Sequence record: SRR31156797_1079
Direction: 5' to 3' (one strand)
Length of the DNA stretch: 57,091 nucleotides
Shown here: one piece after another, positions 9,657 through 18,116 of the stretch
How the letters are laid out: every line of letters starts with the position of its first letter
How positions within the stretch are numbered: position 1 is the stretch's first letter
The notes under the pieces: generated by a model
What the model saw: the letters and a program-made list of their open reading frames with translations, nothing else
Databases searched by the model: none
What the model was told of the DNA's origin: nothing
Translations under genes and position numbers: made by a program

Positions 9657-9670
9657 GCTTGTCGTTAAGA

Positions 9671-9711
9671 GTGTTCGATTTATCGGGTGTTAAGTCCGAT
9701 AGATCGAATAT
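9671..9711 (+). terminator. Stem-loop after the repeat-protein gene
   Basis: GTGTTCGATTTATCGG...CCGATAGATCGAATAT inverted repeat; weak U tract. Confidence 0.55.
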
Positions 9712-9779
9712 TATTGCATAAGCTAGGCGATTAAGACGGTATTGCTGTATCTTTAGTTGAAAATCACCCAAAATAAGAA

Positions 9780-10823
9780 ATGAATAAAAACTGGCGATTT
9801 ATTACGATTAGTCCCTTGTTGGGAATTTTATGCTATGTATTGGCCTTTTATAGTTATGCTGGCGAACTTCCTGGTGTTGAGCACAATTTAACCGGATATC
9901 TACCTAGCGCTGTATTCGGTTTATGGGCAGGTATGGCTGCTTTATTTATAAGCAAATACCTAAATAGGATTATTAATTGGAGGCAACAACATGCATTACG
10001 ATTTTTAATTCAGTGTAGTGCCTTATATGTAGTAGGACTTGCACTAATCGCTATTTATTCCGAAATGTTCTTAATTTCGATTCGAAAAGAACTTACTTAC
10101 TCACAATTTTGGCTGATTTATAATGATGAGATTTTTAAAACCTTGCTAATTCTCTTTTTATCAGTTATAGTGTATTGTATTATTGATTTTATGATTTACT
10201 CGTTTAATCAAATGCGCGAAGAAGAAATACGTTCGGTTGAGATGATGAATAATCAGCTGAACTTGCAGTTTGAAGCTCTTAAATCTCAATTGAATCCGCA
10301 CTTTTTGTTCAATTCTTTAAATACGATATCATCCTTACTATATAAGGATACTAAGGTTGCTGAAAAATTCATAAGAATGTTTGCTGAGAGCTATCGTTTT
10401 ATTTTTAAACAGAACGATCAGCCATTAATTCCATTGCAAAAAGAGTTGGATTTTGTAGAAGCATACAATTATCTTCTTCAGGTTAGATTTCAGGAAGCTT
10501 ATGAGTTGAAAATTAACATTCCGGAAAAGATAAAGAATAGTTATGTACCGCCACTTTCGGTTCAAATGTTGGTGGAAAATGCCATTAAACACAATCTGAT
10601 ATCACAGACAACACCTTTATCAGTAGAGATTGAAAGTGATAACAATTACTTGTGTGTGAAGAACAATATTAACCCCTTACGAGAACAGCCAGAGTCGTTC
10701 CAAATTGGAATTGAAAACATTAAAAAGAGGTATTCATTTTTTACCAACGATTCAATACTATTGGATAAAAGTGAACATTTCAAGGTTAGTTTACCACTGA
10801 TTTCTCAAACCAGAATTAATTGA
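9780..10823 (+). CDS. LytS/YehU-type membrane sensor histidine kinase
   Basis: About 4 TM segments; H-box LKSQLNPHFLFNSLN, N-box QMLVENAIKHN, IGIENIKKRY. Confidence 0.92.
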   Translation: MNKNWRFITISPLLGILCYVLAFYSYAGELPGVEHNLTGYLPSAVFGLWAGMAALFISKYLNRIINWRQQHALRFLIQCSALYVVGLALIAIYSEMFLISIRKELTYSQFWLIYNDEIFKTLLILFLSVIVYCIIDFMIYSFNQMREEEIRSVEMMNNQLNLQFEALKSQLNPHFLFNSLNTISSLLYKDTKVAEKFIRMFAESYRFIFKQNDQPLIPLQKELDFVEAYNYLLQVRFQEAYELKINIPEKIKNSYVPPLSVQMLVENAIKHNLISQTTPLSVEIESDNNYLCVKNNINPLREQPESFQIGIENIKKRYSFFTNDSILLDKSEHFKVSLPLISQTRIN

Positions 10824-10841
10824 TTGCTATACGCCTAAAAA

Positions 10842-11882
10842 ATGAAAACGAATTTCTTAAATAGTCCTCTTTATCGCATTCTTACACCATCTCTAGTTTC
10901 TGGATTGGTTTATTTATTGATGCTTTTGGTATTCGATAAGCTATCTGAAATAGATAATAACTTCAGTCCTGAGGAGTTTATCTTTTTAATGGTTGTTACC
11001 TTTTTACTTTTCGAATCCTATCGGTTCTGGATTAAGAAAACAGAGAAATTAAAATGGTTCGAAGGTAAGGGGATTTTAAAAACCATTGTTCTGTATTCGG
11101 GTAGCCTTCTGATTACATTCGCAGTTGTGATTGCGTGTTTTTCATTATACTTTGTTTATATAATTGGCTTAAGCGAATTTAGGACAGAATTGACTTCCTT
11201 TTTAATTGTATTTACTCTGGTTGGCATTCTATTTCATCTGTTTTATTTAAGTATTCAGTTTTTGGATAGGCAAAACACTCTTTTGCTACAAAAGGAGGAG
11301 ATGAATAGAAAGAACATTGAATTTGAATTGGAAGTTTTTAAGAACAAGTTGAATCCCGATTTTTTGTATGAATCATTCGAAAGTGTAATTAGTTTGATTC
11401 GAACAAATGATGTTGAAAACGCCGAAAAGTATATTGACCATTTGGCATTGTTTTACAGACGGATTTTAGGCAATCGATATTCCGAGATTATAAGTTTGGA
11501 GGAAGAAAAACTTAAGGTAAAACAATACTTAAAAATTAGAAACTATAAATATTCGAATAATTTTATTGTAAATTGGAATCTGAATTCGAATGAAGATGAA
11601 ATTCATGTTGTTCCCAATATGATTTTGCAAACAATTCAGCTTATTGAATATTGTCAGATGATAGATTCTCATACTAAATTGAGTATTGATATTAAGAAAA
11701 ATGAAAGCTATATTATTTTTGAATTTCTATCTTCAGAAAAATTAACGCCTAAACCAAAAGTTGAGCTTCTGAAAGAGAGTATTCAAAAAGCCATTTCGTT
11801 TTATTCGGATTTGGATATGAAATGGGAGTGTACAGATAATATGACAAGAATATTTGTACCAACAATAAAAATTGAAGATTAA
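10842..11882 (+). CDS. Degenerate LytS-type histidine kinase paralogue (probable pseudokinase)
   Basis: Same architecture as the upstream kinase, but the H-box reads FKNKLNPDFLYESF (His replaced by Asp) and N/G boxes are unrecognisable. Confidence 0.8.
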   Translation: MKTNFLNSPLYRILTPSLVSGLVYLLMLLVFDKLSEIDNNFSPEEFIFLMVVTFLLFESYRFWIKKTEKLKWFEGKGILKTIVLYSGSLLITFAVVIACFSLYFVYIIGLSEFRTELTSFLIVFTLVGILFHLFYLSIQFLDRQNTLLLQKEEMNRKNIEFELEVFKNKLNPDFLYESFESVISLIRTNDVENAEKYIDHLALFYRRILGNRYSEIISLEEEKLKVKQYLKIRNYKYSNNFIVNWNLNSNEDEIHVVPNMILQTIQLIEYCQMIDSHTKLSIDIKKNESYIIFEFLSSEKLTPKPKVELLKESIQKAISFYSDLDMKWECTDNMTRIFVPTIKIED

Positions 11883-11907
11883 ACCAAACAACAACTGATA
11901 GAACAAA

Positions 11908-12681
11908 ATGAAGGTAATTATTATCGAAGATGAAATTTTAGCAGCGGATAAATTAGAAAGATTGTTGCATAAATACGATCCACGTATTAAAATAGTTGAT
12001 CGATTCGAATCGGTAACCGAATCATCTATTTGGTTGGGAAATCCAGATAATAAGATTGATCTTATTTTTCTGGATATTCATTTGGTTGATGGCTTAAGTT
12101 TCGAAATATTTAAAAGAGTTCAAGTTCAAACTCCGGTTATCTTCACAACAGCTTACAATGAGTATGCACTTAATGCATTCAAATTAAATAGTATAGATTA
12201 TCTGCTAAAACCCGTTACTTTCGATAATTTACATGCAGCTTTAAAAAAGTTTGAAAGCATGAAGGAGTCATTGGCTGAATCATCTCAATTGAGAAATATC
12301 GAGGAGTTGAGTGCCGCTCTATCAAGTATTCAAAAAAACTACAAAACCAGATTTATGGTGAAAGTAGGAGAGAAACTTAAATCTTTTAAAGCTGATGACA
12401 TCTCATTGTATTTTGCCGAAGGGAGAGATGCTTTTATTTTATTAAAAGATGGACACAGGTACATAATCGATTATAAAATGGAAGAGCTACAGGATTTATT
12501 AGATCCAAAATATTTCTATAGAATCAGTCGTTCGTTTATTGTAAATATTAATGCGATTAGCGATGTTTCAGTCCATTCCAATTCCAGACTTAAGGTTATT
12601 CTCACAAGTGATTTCGATCGTGAGCTAATAGTAAGTAGAGAAAAAGTGAATAATTTTAAAGATTGGTTTAACGGAGCCTGA
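11908..12681 (+). CDS. LytTR-family response regulator
   Basis: REC domain (IIEDE, FLDIHL, FTTAY, DYLLKP) plus LytTR domain (FYRISRSFIVN, VSREK). Confidence 0.95.
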   Translation: MKVIIIEDEILAADKLERLLHKYDPRIKIVDRFESVTESSIWLGNPDNKIDLIFLDIHLVDGLSFEIFKRVQVQTPVIFTTAYNEYALNAFKLNSIDYLLKPVTFDNLHAALKKFESMKESLAESSQLRNIEELSAALSSIQKNYKTRFMVKVGEKLKSFKADDISLYFAEGRDAFILLKDGHRYIIDYKMEELQDLLDPKYFYRISRSFIVNINAISDVSVHSNSRLKVILTSDFDRELIVSREKVNNFKDWFNGA

Positions 12682-12684
12682 CTT

Positions 12685-13092
12685 TTAGAATTGTCTGATT
12701 ATTAGATTGTTTTTTTGATGATATATTATGCCAAAAATTAATCCCCAAATCAGATAACAAACAAAATAATAGACAGTTCCATTTACTTTTCCGTTTAAAA
12801 TTATCCCTGAGATTAGAGGCAGTAATCCAAAGACAAATCCGGCAATCATTCCTTTTATACCATTAATACGGGTAACATTAAGACCAATCAAAATGGCTGT
12901 GGCAAATGAAGCTAGAAAAAGGCAAGTCCAGTCCACCATTAACACATTTTGACGCATACTTGTCCAAGGAATTGCCAGTTCTTCCGATAAATGGTTTGTA
13001 AAAACAAAACCATACAAAAGGAAAGTTAACAATCCACTTGCCACAGCTCCGCCTATTATCAGGCGCTTCCAGTTTCTTGTTTTGTTAAGCAT
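12685..13092 (-). CDS. Hypothetical 4-TM membrane protein
   Basis: Hydrophobic ORF starting 6 bp after the DUF3179 gene stop, same strand. Confidence 0.7.
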   Translation of the reverse strand: MLNKTRNWKRLIIGGAVASGLLTFLLYGFVFTNHLSEELAIPWTSMRQNVLMVDWTCLFLASFATAILIGLNVTRINGIKGMIAGFVFGLLPLISGIILNGKVNGTVYYFVCYLIWGLIFGIIYHQKNNLIIRQF

Positions 13093-13098
13093 ACTTTG

Positions 13099-14238
13099 TT
13101 AGTTAAAAGAAGAAAAGCGATAGGCTTTAGCTTTTCCATTTACAATCACTCCTAAAACTCTTTCTTTAGGATGTAGTCTGGTATCAATAAAATTCACTGG
13201 AAAATTTATAGTTGAATTGCTTGGGTAGGTTCCATATGGGTTTCTAGTATAATCTCTGCTGTATCCAGTGTTGGTATTCATTAGTTGATGATCTTTCGAA
13301 ATTTCAATCCATGTTTCATAATTGGTTTCTAGTACAAAATGGTTTTCAGAATTAGTACCTGAAAGTTCTCCTTGTACACTCTTTAACAGCATTTGAGACC
13401 AGATGGAATTGGTTTCCCTATCGTATGGCATAACATTATTATTGTATAGCAATCCGGAAACACCGAATGTTGTAACCGTATTGTTTATTTTTCGATTCCA
13501 GACTGTGGCAGTTCCTGTTAAGGGACAAAAAATGATAGAATAGTAATAATCAGAGATCTTATCATTAATGATTTCATGCCAGTTTAATATGTTATGTGGA
13601 TAAAGTTTACTCGTTCCATTGTACCTAATTCCCACCACGACACTTGAGATGTTCGGAAGAATATCTGTTGGTGTATCATCTTTGTTTACATGATATTCAG
13701 GCTCTTCAATTGCAGGTATTGCATCTCTTAATGCTCCAACAAATACGTTATCTTTTGGAACTAACCAGCCATCTGTTCCCGATACCGATTCCCCCAAATT
13801 TTGCAATGGCAGGGTGTTGTTAAATATCTCCAAACCAGGATAAAAGGCTGCCCAGGAAAACCAATAACCCATAACGCCAGTCATTGGCGTTAATTTTTTT
13901 CCTGAATTTGGTCCATCAATGGCTTCACCAAAAATATTGTATCGACTACCTTCATTATCACTCATGATGATTGGTAAAGCACCATTAATTGCTTCAAATG
14001 ATAATGAGAGATTATCTAGAGTGGATTTGTATGCCACCATAAAATTCCATCCTTCTGACCCAATAACAATATAGTTTTCTCCCTCAAAACTATCTTCAAT
14101 TAGTTTGATGTTATAATTTGTGTTTGGAGTAGCATCAGTGTCAGGAGGTGAATCTAGTGATATATCAGTATCAGAGCTAGAACATGATATTGCCATTATT
14201 AATAGAAGTAAATAAGTTATTTTAAGTGTTGGTTTCAT
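13099..14238 (-). CDS. DUF3179-family lipoprotein
   Basis: Lipobox AISC; DAIPAI, WHEIIND, FCPLTGT, FGVSGLLY, YDRETNSIWSQ and YWFSWAAFYP motifs. Confidence 0.8.
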   Translation of the reverse strand: MKPTLKITYLLLLIMAISCSSSDTDISLDSPPDTDATPNTNYNIKLIEDSFEGENYIVIGSEGWNFMVAYKSTLDNLSLSFEAINGALPIIMSDNEGSRYNIFGEAIDGPNSGKKLTPMTGVMGYWFSWAAFYPGLEIFNNTLPLQNLGESVSGTDGWLVPKDNVFVGALRDAIPAIEEPEYHVNKDDTPTDILPNISSVVVGIRYNGTSKLYPHNILNWHEIINDKISDYYYSIIFCPLTGTATVWNRKINNTVTTFGVSGLLYNNNVMPYDRETNSIWSQMLLKSVQGELSGTNSENHFVLETNYETWIEISKDHQLMNTNTGYSRDYTRNPYGTYPSNSTINFPVNFIDTRLHPKERVLGVIVNGKAKAYRFSSFN

Positions 14239-14272
14239 GATGAATTTTTTTTAGATTTTCGTCTATATTCGA

Positions 14273-15241
14273 TTAGTCAGATAAAAAATTAAGTGTGTAA
14301 TTTATTCCTACTTTACCTCGATAGCTAGTTACCAGTTGAGTACCTATTACATCAGTGTAAACTGGTATTTCAAGATTAGAATAAAGGTTTAAGTTTGGTG
14401 TTATTTGAATATCCAGACTTGGAACCAGGTACAGTAAAGATCCCCCAGTATTTGGAAATTTATTGCCATTGTTTTCGTCCTCTTGAGTGTGTCTATATTT
14501 TAAAAGTATACCAGGATTAAAAACTTTTTTAGCCAACAGAAAGCTATCTGTAAAACCTAAATTAAGGACCAATTCATTCCCAAATCTGTATTTTTGTCCG
14601 CCATCATATCTACCAACATCGAAACTGTAACGAAAGCTTATTTGTGCATTTGCACTAAGCGTAGGTCTAACGATTCCGTGTCTGGAATACGAAATGGCAC
14701 TAATAATATCGTAAGAACCAGTTCCTGGTTGTAGGTCAGGAGGCAGTAGAATTTCAAACTCTTTATCTCTTTTGTAAACACTTCCTGTTGGGAATTTTGG
14801 TCCGATGGCTGTTATGAGCTGCTCTTTGTTATTTTTCAATACTGTGTATTGTCCTAATAACACAACATCTCCAATTCCATTTGATGATTGACTTGTATTT
14901 CCTGCACTTGAGAAAACCGTTTGCTTCTGCCATACATATGGTATAATTGTGCTAATTGCCCATTTTTTATTGAGCGCATAAGAGAATCTTAAAAATGTAC
15001 TATTGGTGGTTCGTTCACGATTGGAATCATCAAGTTTACTGTTGCCAGAAAAAAGTTGGTCCATTTTATTAATATCGTAAGACAAATCAATTACAAAGCT
15101 CTTTTCAGGATAAGCTTTTATCCCTAAACTACTTGATAATGGAATACCACCAGTACAGCAAGCTTGTGAAAATGTATTATTGCTTGGCAATTGAAGAGCA
15201 CAAGCAAGTATTGTAAAGAAGATTAGTCTCATTTTATTCAT
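14273..15241 (-). CDS. Outer-membrane beta-barrel 'transporter' (MetA-pathway-of-phenol-degradation-like) with N-terminal CC motif
   Basis: Signal peptide then QACCTGG; GIGDV, KFPTG, LQPGTGSYD and NTGG motifs; amphipathic strands. Confidence 0.7.
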   Translation of the reverse strand: MNKMRLIFFTILACALQLPSNNTFSQACCTGGIPLSSSLGIKAYPEKSFVIDLSYDINKMDQLFSGNSKLDDSNRERTTNSTFLRFSYALNKKWAISTIIPYVWQKQTVFSSAGNTSQSSNGIGDVVLLGQYTVLKNNKEQLITAIGPKFPTGSVYKRDKEFEILLPPDLQPGTGSYDIISAISYSRHGIVRPTLSANAQISFRYSFDVGRYDGGQKYRFGNELVLNLGFTDSFLLAKKVFNPGILLKYRHTQEDENNGNKFPNTGGSLLYLVPSLDIQITPNLNLYSNLEIPVYTDVIGTQLVTSYRGKVGINYTLNFLSD

Positions 15242-15419
15242 ATGTATTGAGTCGTTTAATACAACTGAAATTACAATACATTTTAGGAATGAAATGTCGG
15301 AAATAGGACAGAAAAACGTTTTACAAGGATATTATAATGCTAAGCAGTCTTTGTATTTAAAATTAATTAGATTAATTTTAAATAAGAATTAAAAAAATCA
15401 AATTAAAGTATTAGTTGTT

Positions 15420-15911
15420 ATGAAAAAATTAGTCAAGAATATAGGTTTATCAATAGCTTTTATGCTATTTGTATTTATTGGTAATGTTGAAAAAACGTAT
15501 GCTCATTGTGAAATTCCATGTGGTATATATGCTGACTCGGTTCGGGTAGCTCTAATGAGTGAACACATTACTACAATTGAAAAGAGTATGAAGCAAATTG
15601 TAGAATTATCATCAGAAGGTAAAGTGAATTACAATCAATTGGTGAGGTGGGTAACTAACAAAGAAGAGCATGCTAAAAAGATTCAGGAGATTGCCACGCA
15701 GTATTTTATGTTTCAGCGAGTAAAAGTTACAGATGATCCTGAAAAAGCGAAAAAAAATCAAAAAATGCTTGCTGTTCTGCATGAAATTTGTGTTTATGCA
15801 ATGAAGACGAAGCAAACTACAGATTTAAAATACATTAAAAAACTAAATGATGCCGTTCATACATTTACACATTTGTATTTTGGACCATCGAAGCATCATC
15901 ACCATCATTAA
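15420..15911 (+). CDS. sodN: Nickel superoxide dismutase with Sec signal peptide and C-terminal His tail
   Basis: Ni-hook HCEIPCGIY directly after TYA; NQLVRWVTNKEEHA; ends HHHHH. Confidence 0.93.
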   Translation: MKKLVKNIGLSIAFMLFVFIGNVEKTYAHCEIPCGIYADSVRVALMSEHITTIEKSMKQIVELSSEGKVNYNQLVRWVTNKEEHAKKIQEIATQYFMFQRVKVTDDPEKAKKNQKMLAVLHEICVYAMKTKQTTDLKYIKKLNDAVHTFTHLYFGPSKHHHHH

Positions 15912-15930
15912 TACTATTTTTTATAAAAGG

Positions 15931-15959
15931 AAACCCTTTCGATTTCGGAGGGGTTTTTT
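15931..15959 (+). terminator. Intrinsic terminator of sodN
   Basis: AAACCCTTTCGA-tt-TCGGAGGGGTTT plus T run. Confidence 0.8.
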
Positions 15960-16012
15960 CTGTTCTATAATTCGTTTAGAATTACTAAATTCATAATCAA
16001 AACAATAAATTA

Positions 16013-16681
16013 ATGAGCGATTCTATTTGGTGTTTCGAAAATGTAAATCTCTTTCAGATTCTTTGTCCTCATAGATTGAAGAAATACAATAACGACCATT
16101 TTGAAGGATTTAAGAAAGGTGATTTTATTTATTTCCCTGATGATCCATCTAAATCGATTTTTATGGTGAGTAAGGGTAAAGTAAAGATTATTACTTACAA
16201 TCAGGATGGAGAGGAAGTGGTTAAAGCCATTCTAGGTAAAGGAGAAATATTTGGAGAAAAGGCAGTATTGGGTGAAGAGAAAAGAGGGGATTACGCCATG
16301 GCATGTACTGAGCCGACAGAGCTTTGTCCTATGAAATTGCCTGATATGTATGAGTTGATGCGAGACAATGAGAAATTTGGATTGTCTATTTACAAACTGA
16401 TTGGATTTCGAATTAGAAAAATGGAGAGGCGTTTAGAAGCTTTACTTTTTAAGGATGTGAAAACTCGTTTGTGTGATTTCTTAAAAGATTTGGCAGAAGA
16501 GAGTGGAATTCAAAACAACAATCAAATTATCATTCGTCATTTTTATACTCAAAAGGATTTTGCTGACTTAATAGGCACAAAAAGAGAAACTGTAACTCGC
16601 TTGTTTAATGAGTTAAAACAGGAGGGGGTGATTGACTATTCAAGAAAAGAAATTCGTGTTTTTGCCAAAGAACAACTCTGA
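16013..16681 (+). CDS. Crp/Fnr-family transcriptional regulator
   Basis: cNMP-like domain (GEIFGE) and C-terminal HTH TQKDFADLIGTKRETVTR; N-terminal Cys residues (WCF, LCP). Confidence 0.93.
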   Translation: MSDSIWCFENVNLFQILCPHRLKKYNNDHFEGFKKGDFIYFPDDPSKSIFMVSKGKVKIITYNQDGEEVVKAILGKGEIFGEKAVLGEEKRGDYAMACTEPTELCPMKLPDMYELMRDNEKFGLSIYKLIGFRIRKMERRLEALLFKDVKTRLCDFLKDLAEESGIQNNNQIIIRHFYTQKDFADLIGTKRETVTRLFNELKQEGVIDYSRKEIRVFAKEQL

Positions 16682-16703
16682 TTTTTAATAAAAGTGATCC
16701 TTT

Positions 16704-16748
16704 TGTGATCTGGCTTACATTTTTTGGAATATAGTGAAAGTACTTTTG
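16704..16748 (+). promoter_or_regulatory. CRP/FNR-type box and Bacteroidota -7 promoter element upstream of the spondin gene
   Basis: TGTGA-tctggc-TTACA at 16704-16719 (9/10 to TGTGA-N6-TCACA) and TACTTTTG at 16741-16748. Confidence 0.75.
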
Positions 16749-16770
16749 AATTAAAGTATTAAACCAAAAA

Positions 16771-18069
16771 ATGTTAGACATGAAAAATTTACTATTATTT
16801 ACCGCAGCAAGCTTGTTTGCCTTTACCGCTTGCGATGATGATGACGATATCGTAACAAATCCAGTTGCATCAGGAACCTTTACTGTAACTGTTGAGAATA
16901 TTCAACAGGGAAAATCTTTCTTTAATTCGGGAACAACAGATGCCGCCGGACCAGGAGGTTCTTATTCTTACACATTTAATGCTGGGAAAGGTGCTTACCT
17001 TTCATTTGCAAGCATGTTTGTTCAGTCGAATGATTTGTTTTACGGATTTGGCGATGCAGGACTAGCATTGTATGATGACAATGGTGATGCTGTAACGGGA
17101 GATGTTACTAGTGAAGTAATGCTTTGGGATGCAGGAACGGAAGTTAATCAGGAACCTGGAGTAGGTAATGATCAGGCGCCAAGACAATCTGGTGCAAATA
17201 CAGGCGCAGAAGAAAATGGAAGCGTAAAATTAATCGCAGATGTTGACGATGGTTACAATTATCCGGCTACTGCTGAAGTAATAAAAATTGAATTAAGTCA
17301 CGATGGAGGAACTGAATTTACGGCAACTGTAACTAATGTATCTGATGGATTTGCTTTTCAAACACCAATAGCTCCTGGAGTTTGGGTTGTACACAACTTA
17401 GGGATGCCAATCTTTACTGAAAATGAAGCTTCTAAGAATGGTTTGGAAGGATTGGCTGAGGATGGAGCAAATGCCGACCTAGGAATGTATTTGTCTGATA
17501 ATAGTGGCTATGTATCACCTTTTGCTCCGGGAGTATTTGTTGTGAACACAGGAGGTCTTCCATTGTTCGAAGACGGTGTCCCTCATTTAGGAAATGGTTT
17601 GGAAGCATTGGCTGAGGATGGAAGTCCTGGAGATTTAAATGCATCATTCGATGGATTAGCGGGAGTTACTGCAAATGGTGTATTTTCTGTACCAGTAGGT
17701 GGTAGTGGTGGAGCACCAATTTTCCCTGGAGATTCTTACGAATTTACTTTTGAAGCAAGTGAATTGGATTATTTCAATTTGGCAACGATGTTGGTTCAGA
17801 CTAATGATTTATTTGTTGCGTTCGAAGACAAAGGCATTTATTTATTCGAAAATGGAATTCCAGTTACTGGCGATGTAACATCAAAGTTAATGCTTTGGGA
17901 TGCAGGAACTGAGGTAAATGAATATCCGGGAGCGGGAAACAATCAGCCGCCAAGACAAGCAGGTGCAAACACCGGAACAGAAGAAGCAAATTCGGTTATG
18001 GAGGTAAATGATTCATTTACATATCCAGCTATAATAGACTTAATTAGAGTTACCATAAGTGCTAACTAG
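16771..18069 (+). CDS. Spondin_N-domain lipoprotein with internal duplication
   Basis: Lipobox FTAC followed by DDDDD; two copies each of M(F/L)VQ(S/T)NDLF, WDAGTEVN and GLExLAEDG. Confidence 0.85.
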   Translation: MLDMKNLLLFTAASLFAFTACDDDDDIVTNPVASGTFTVTVENIQQGKSFFNSGTTDAAGPGGSYSYTFNAGKGAYLSFASMFVQSNDLFYGFGDAGLALYDDNGDAVTGDVTSEVMLWDAGTEVNQEPGVGNDQAPRQSGANTGAEENGSVKLIADVDDGYNYPATAEVIKIELSHDGGTEFTATVTNVSDGFAFQTPIAPGVWVVHNLGMPIFTENEASKNGLEGLAEDGANADLGMYLSDNSGYVSPFAPGVFVVNTGGLPLFEDGVPHLGNGLEALAEDGSPGDLNASFDGLAGVTANGVFSVPVGGSGGAPIFPGDSYEFTFEASELDYFNLATMLVQTNDLFVAFEDKGIYLFENGIPVTGDVTSKLMLWDAGTEVNEYPGAGNNQPPRQAGANTGTEEANSVMEVNDSFTYPAIIDLIRVTISAN

Positions 18070-18079
18070 GTTTGATTCC

Positions 18080-18116
18080 AAGAGGAAGTTTGACAGGTTC
18101 AGGCTTCCTCTTTTTT
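18080..18116 (+). terminator. Intrinsic terminator overlapping the 3' end of the convergent gene
   Basis: AAGAGGAAGTTTGA...TCAGGCTTCCTCTT plus T run. Confidence 0.75.

Noticed and set aside
13099..14238. Selenoprotein recoding in the DUF3179 gene
   Set aside because: The motif is CPLT with no in-frame TGA; the ORF ends in TAA.
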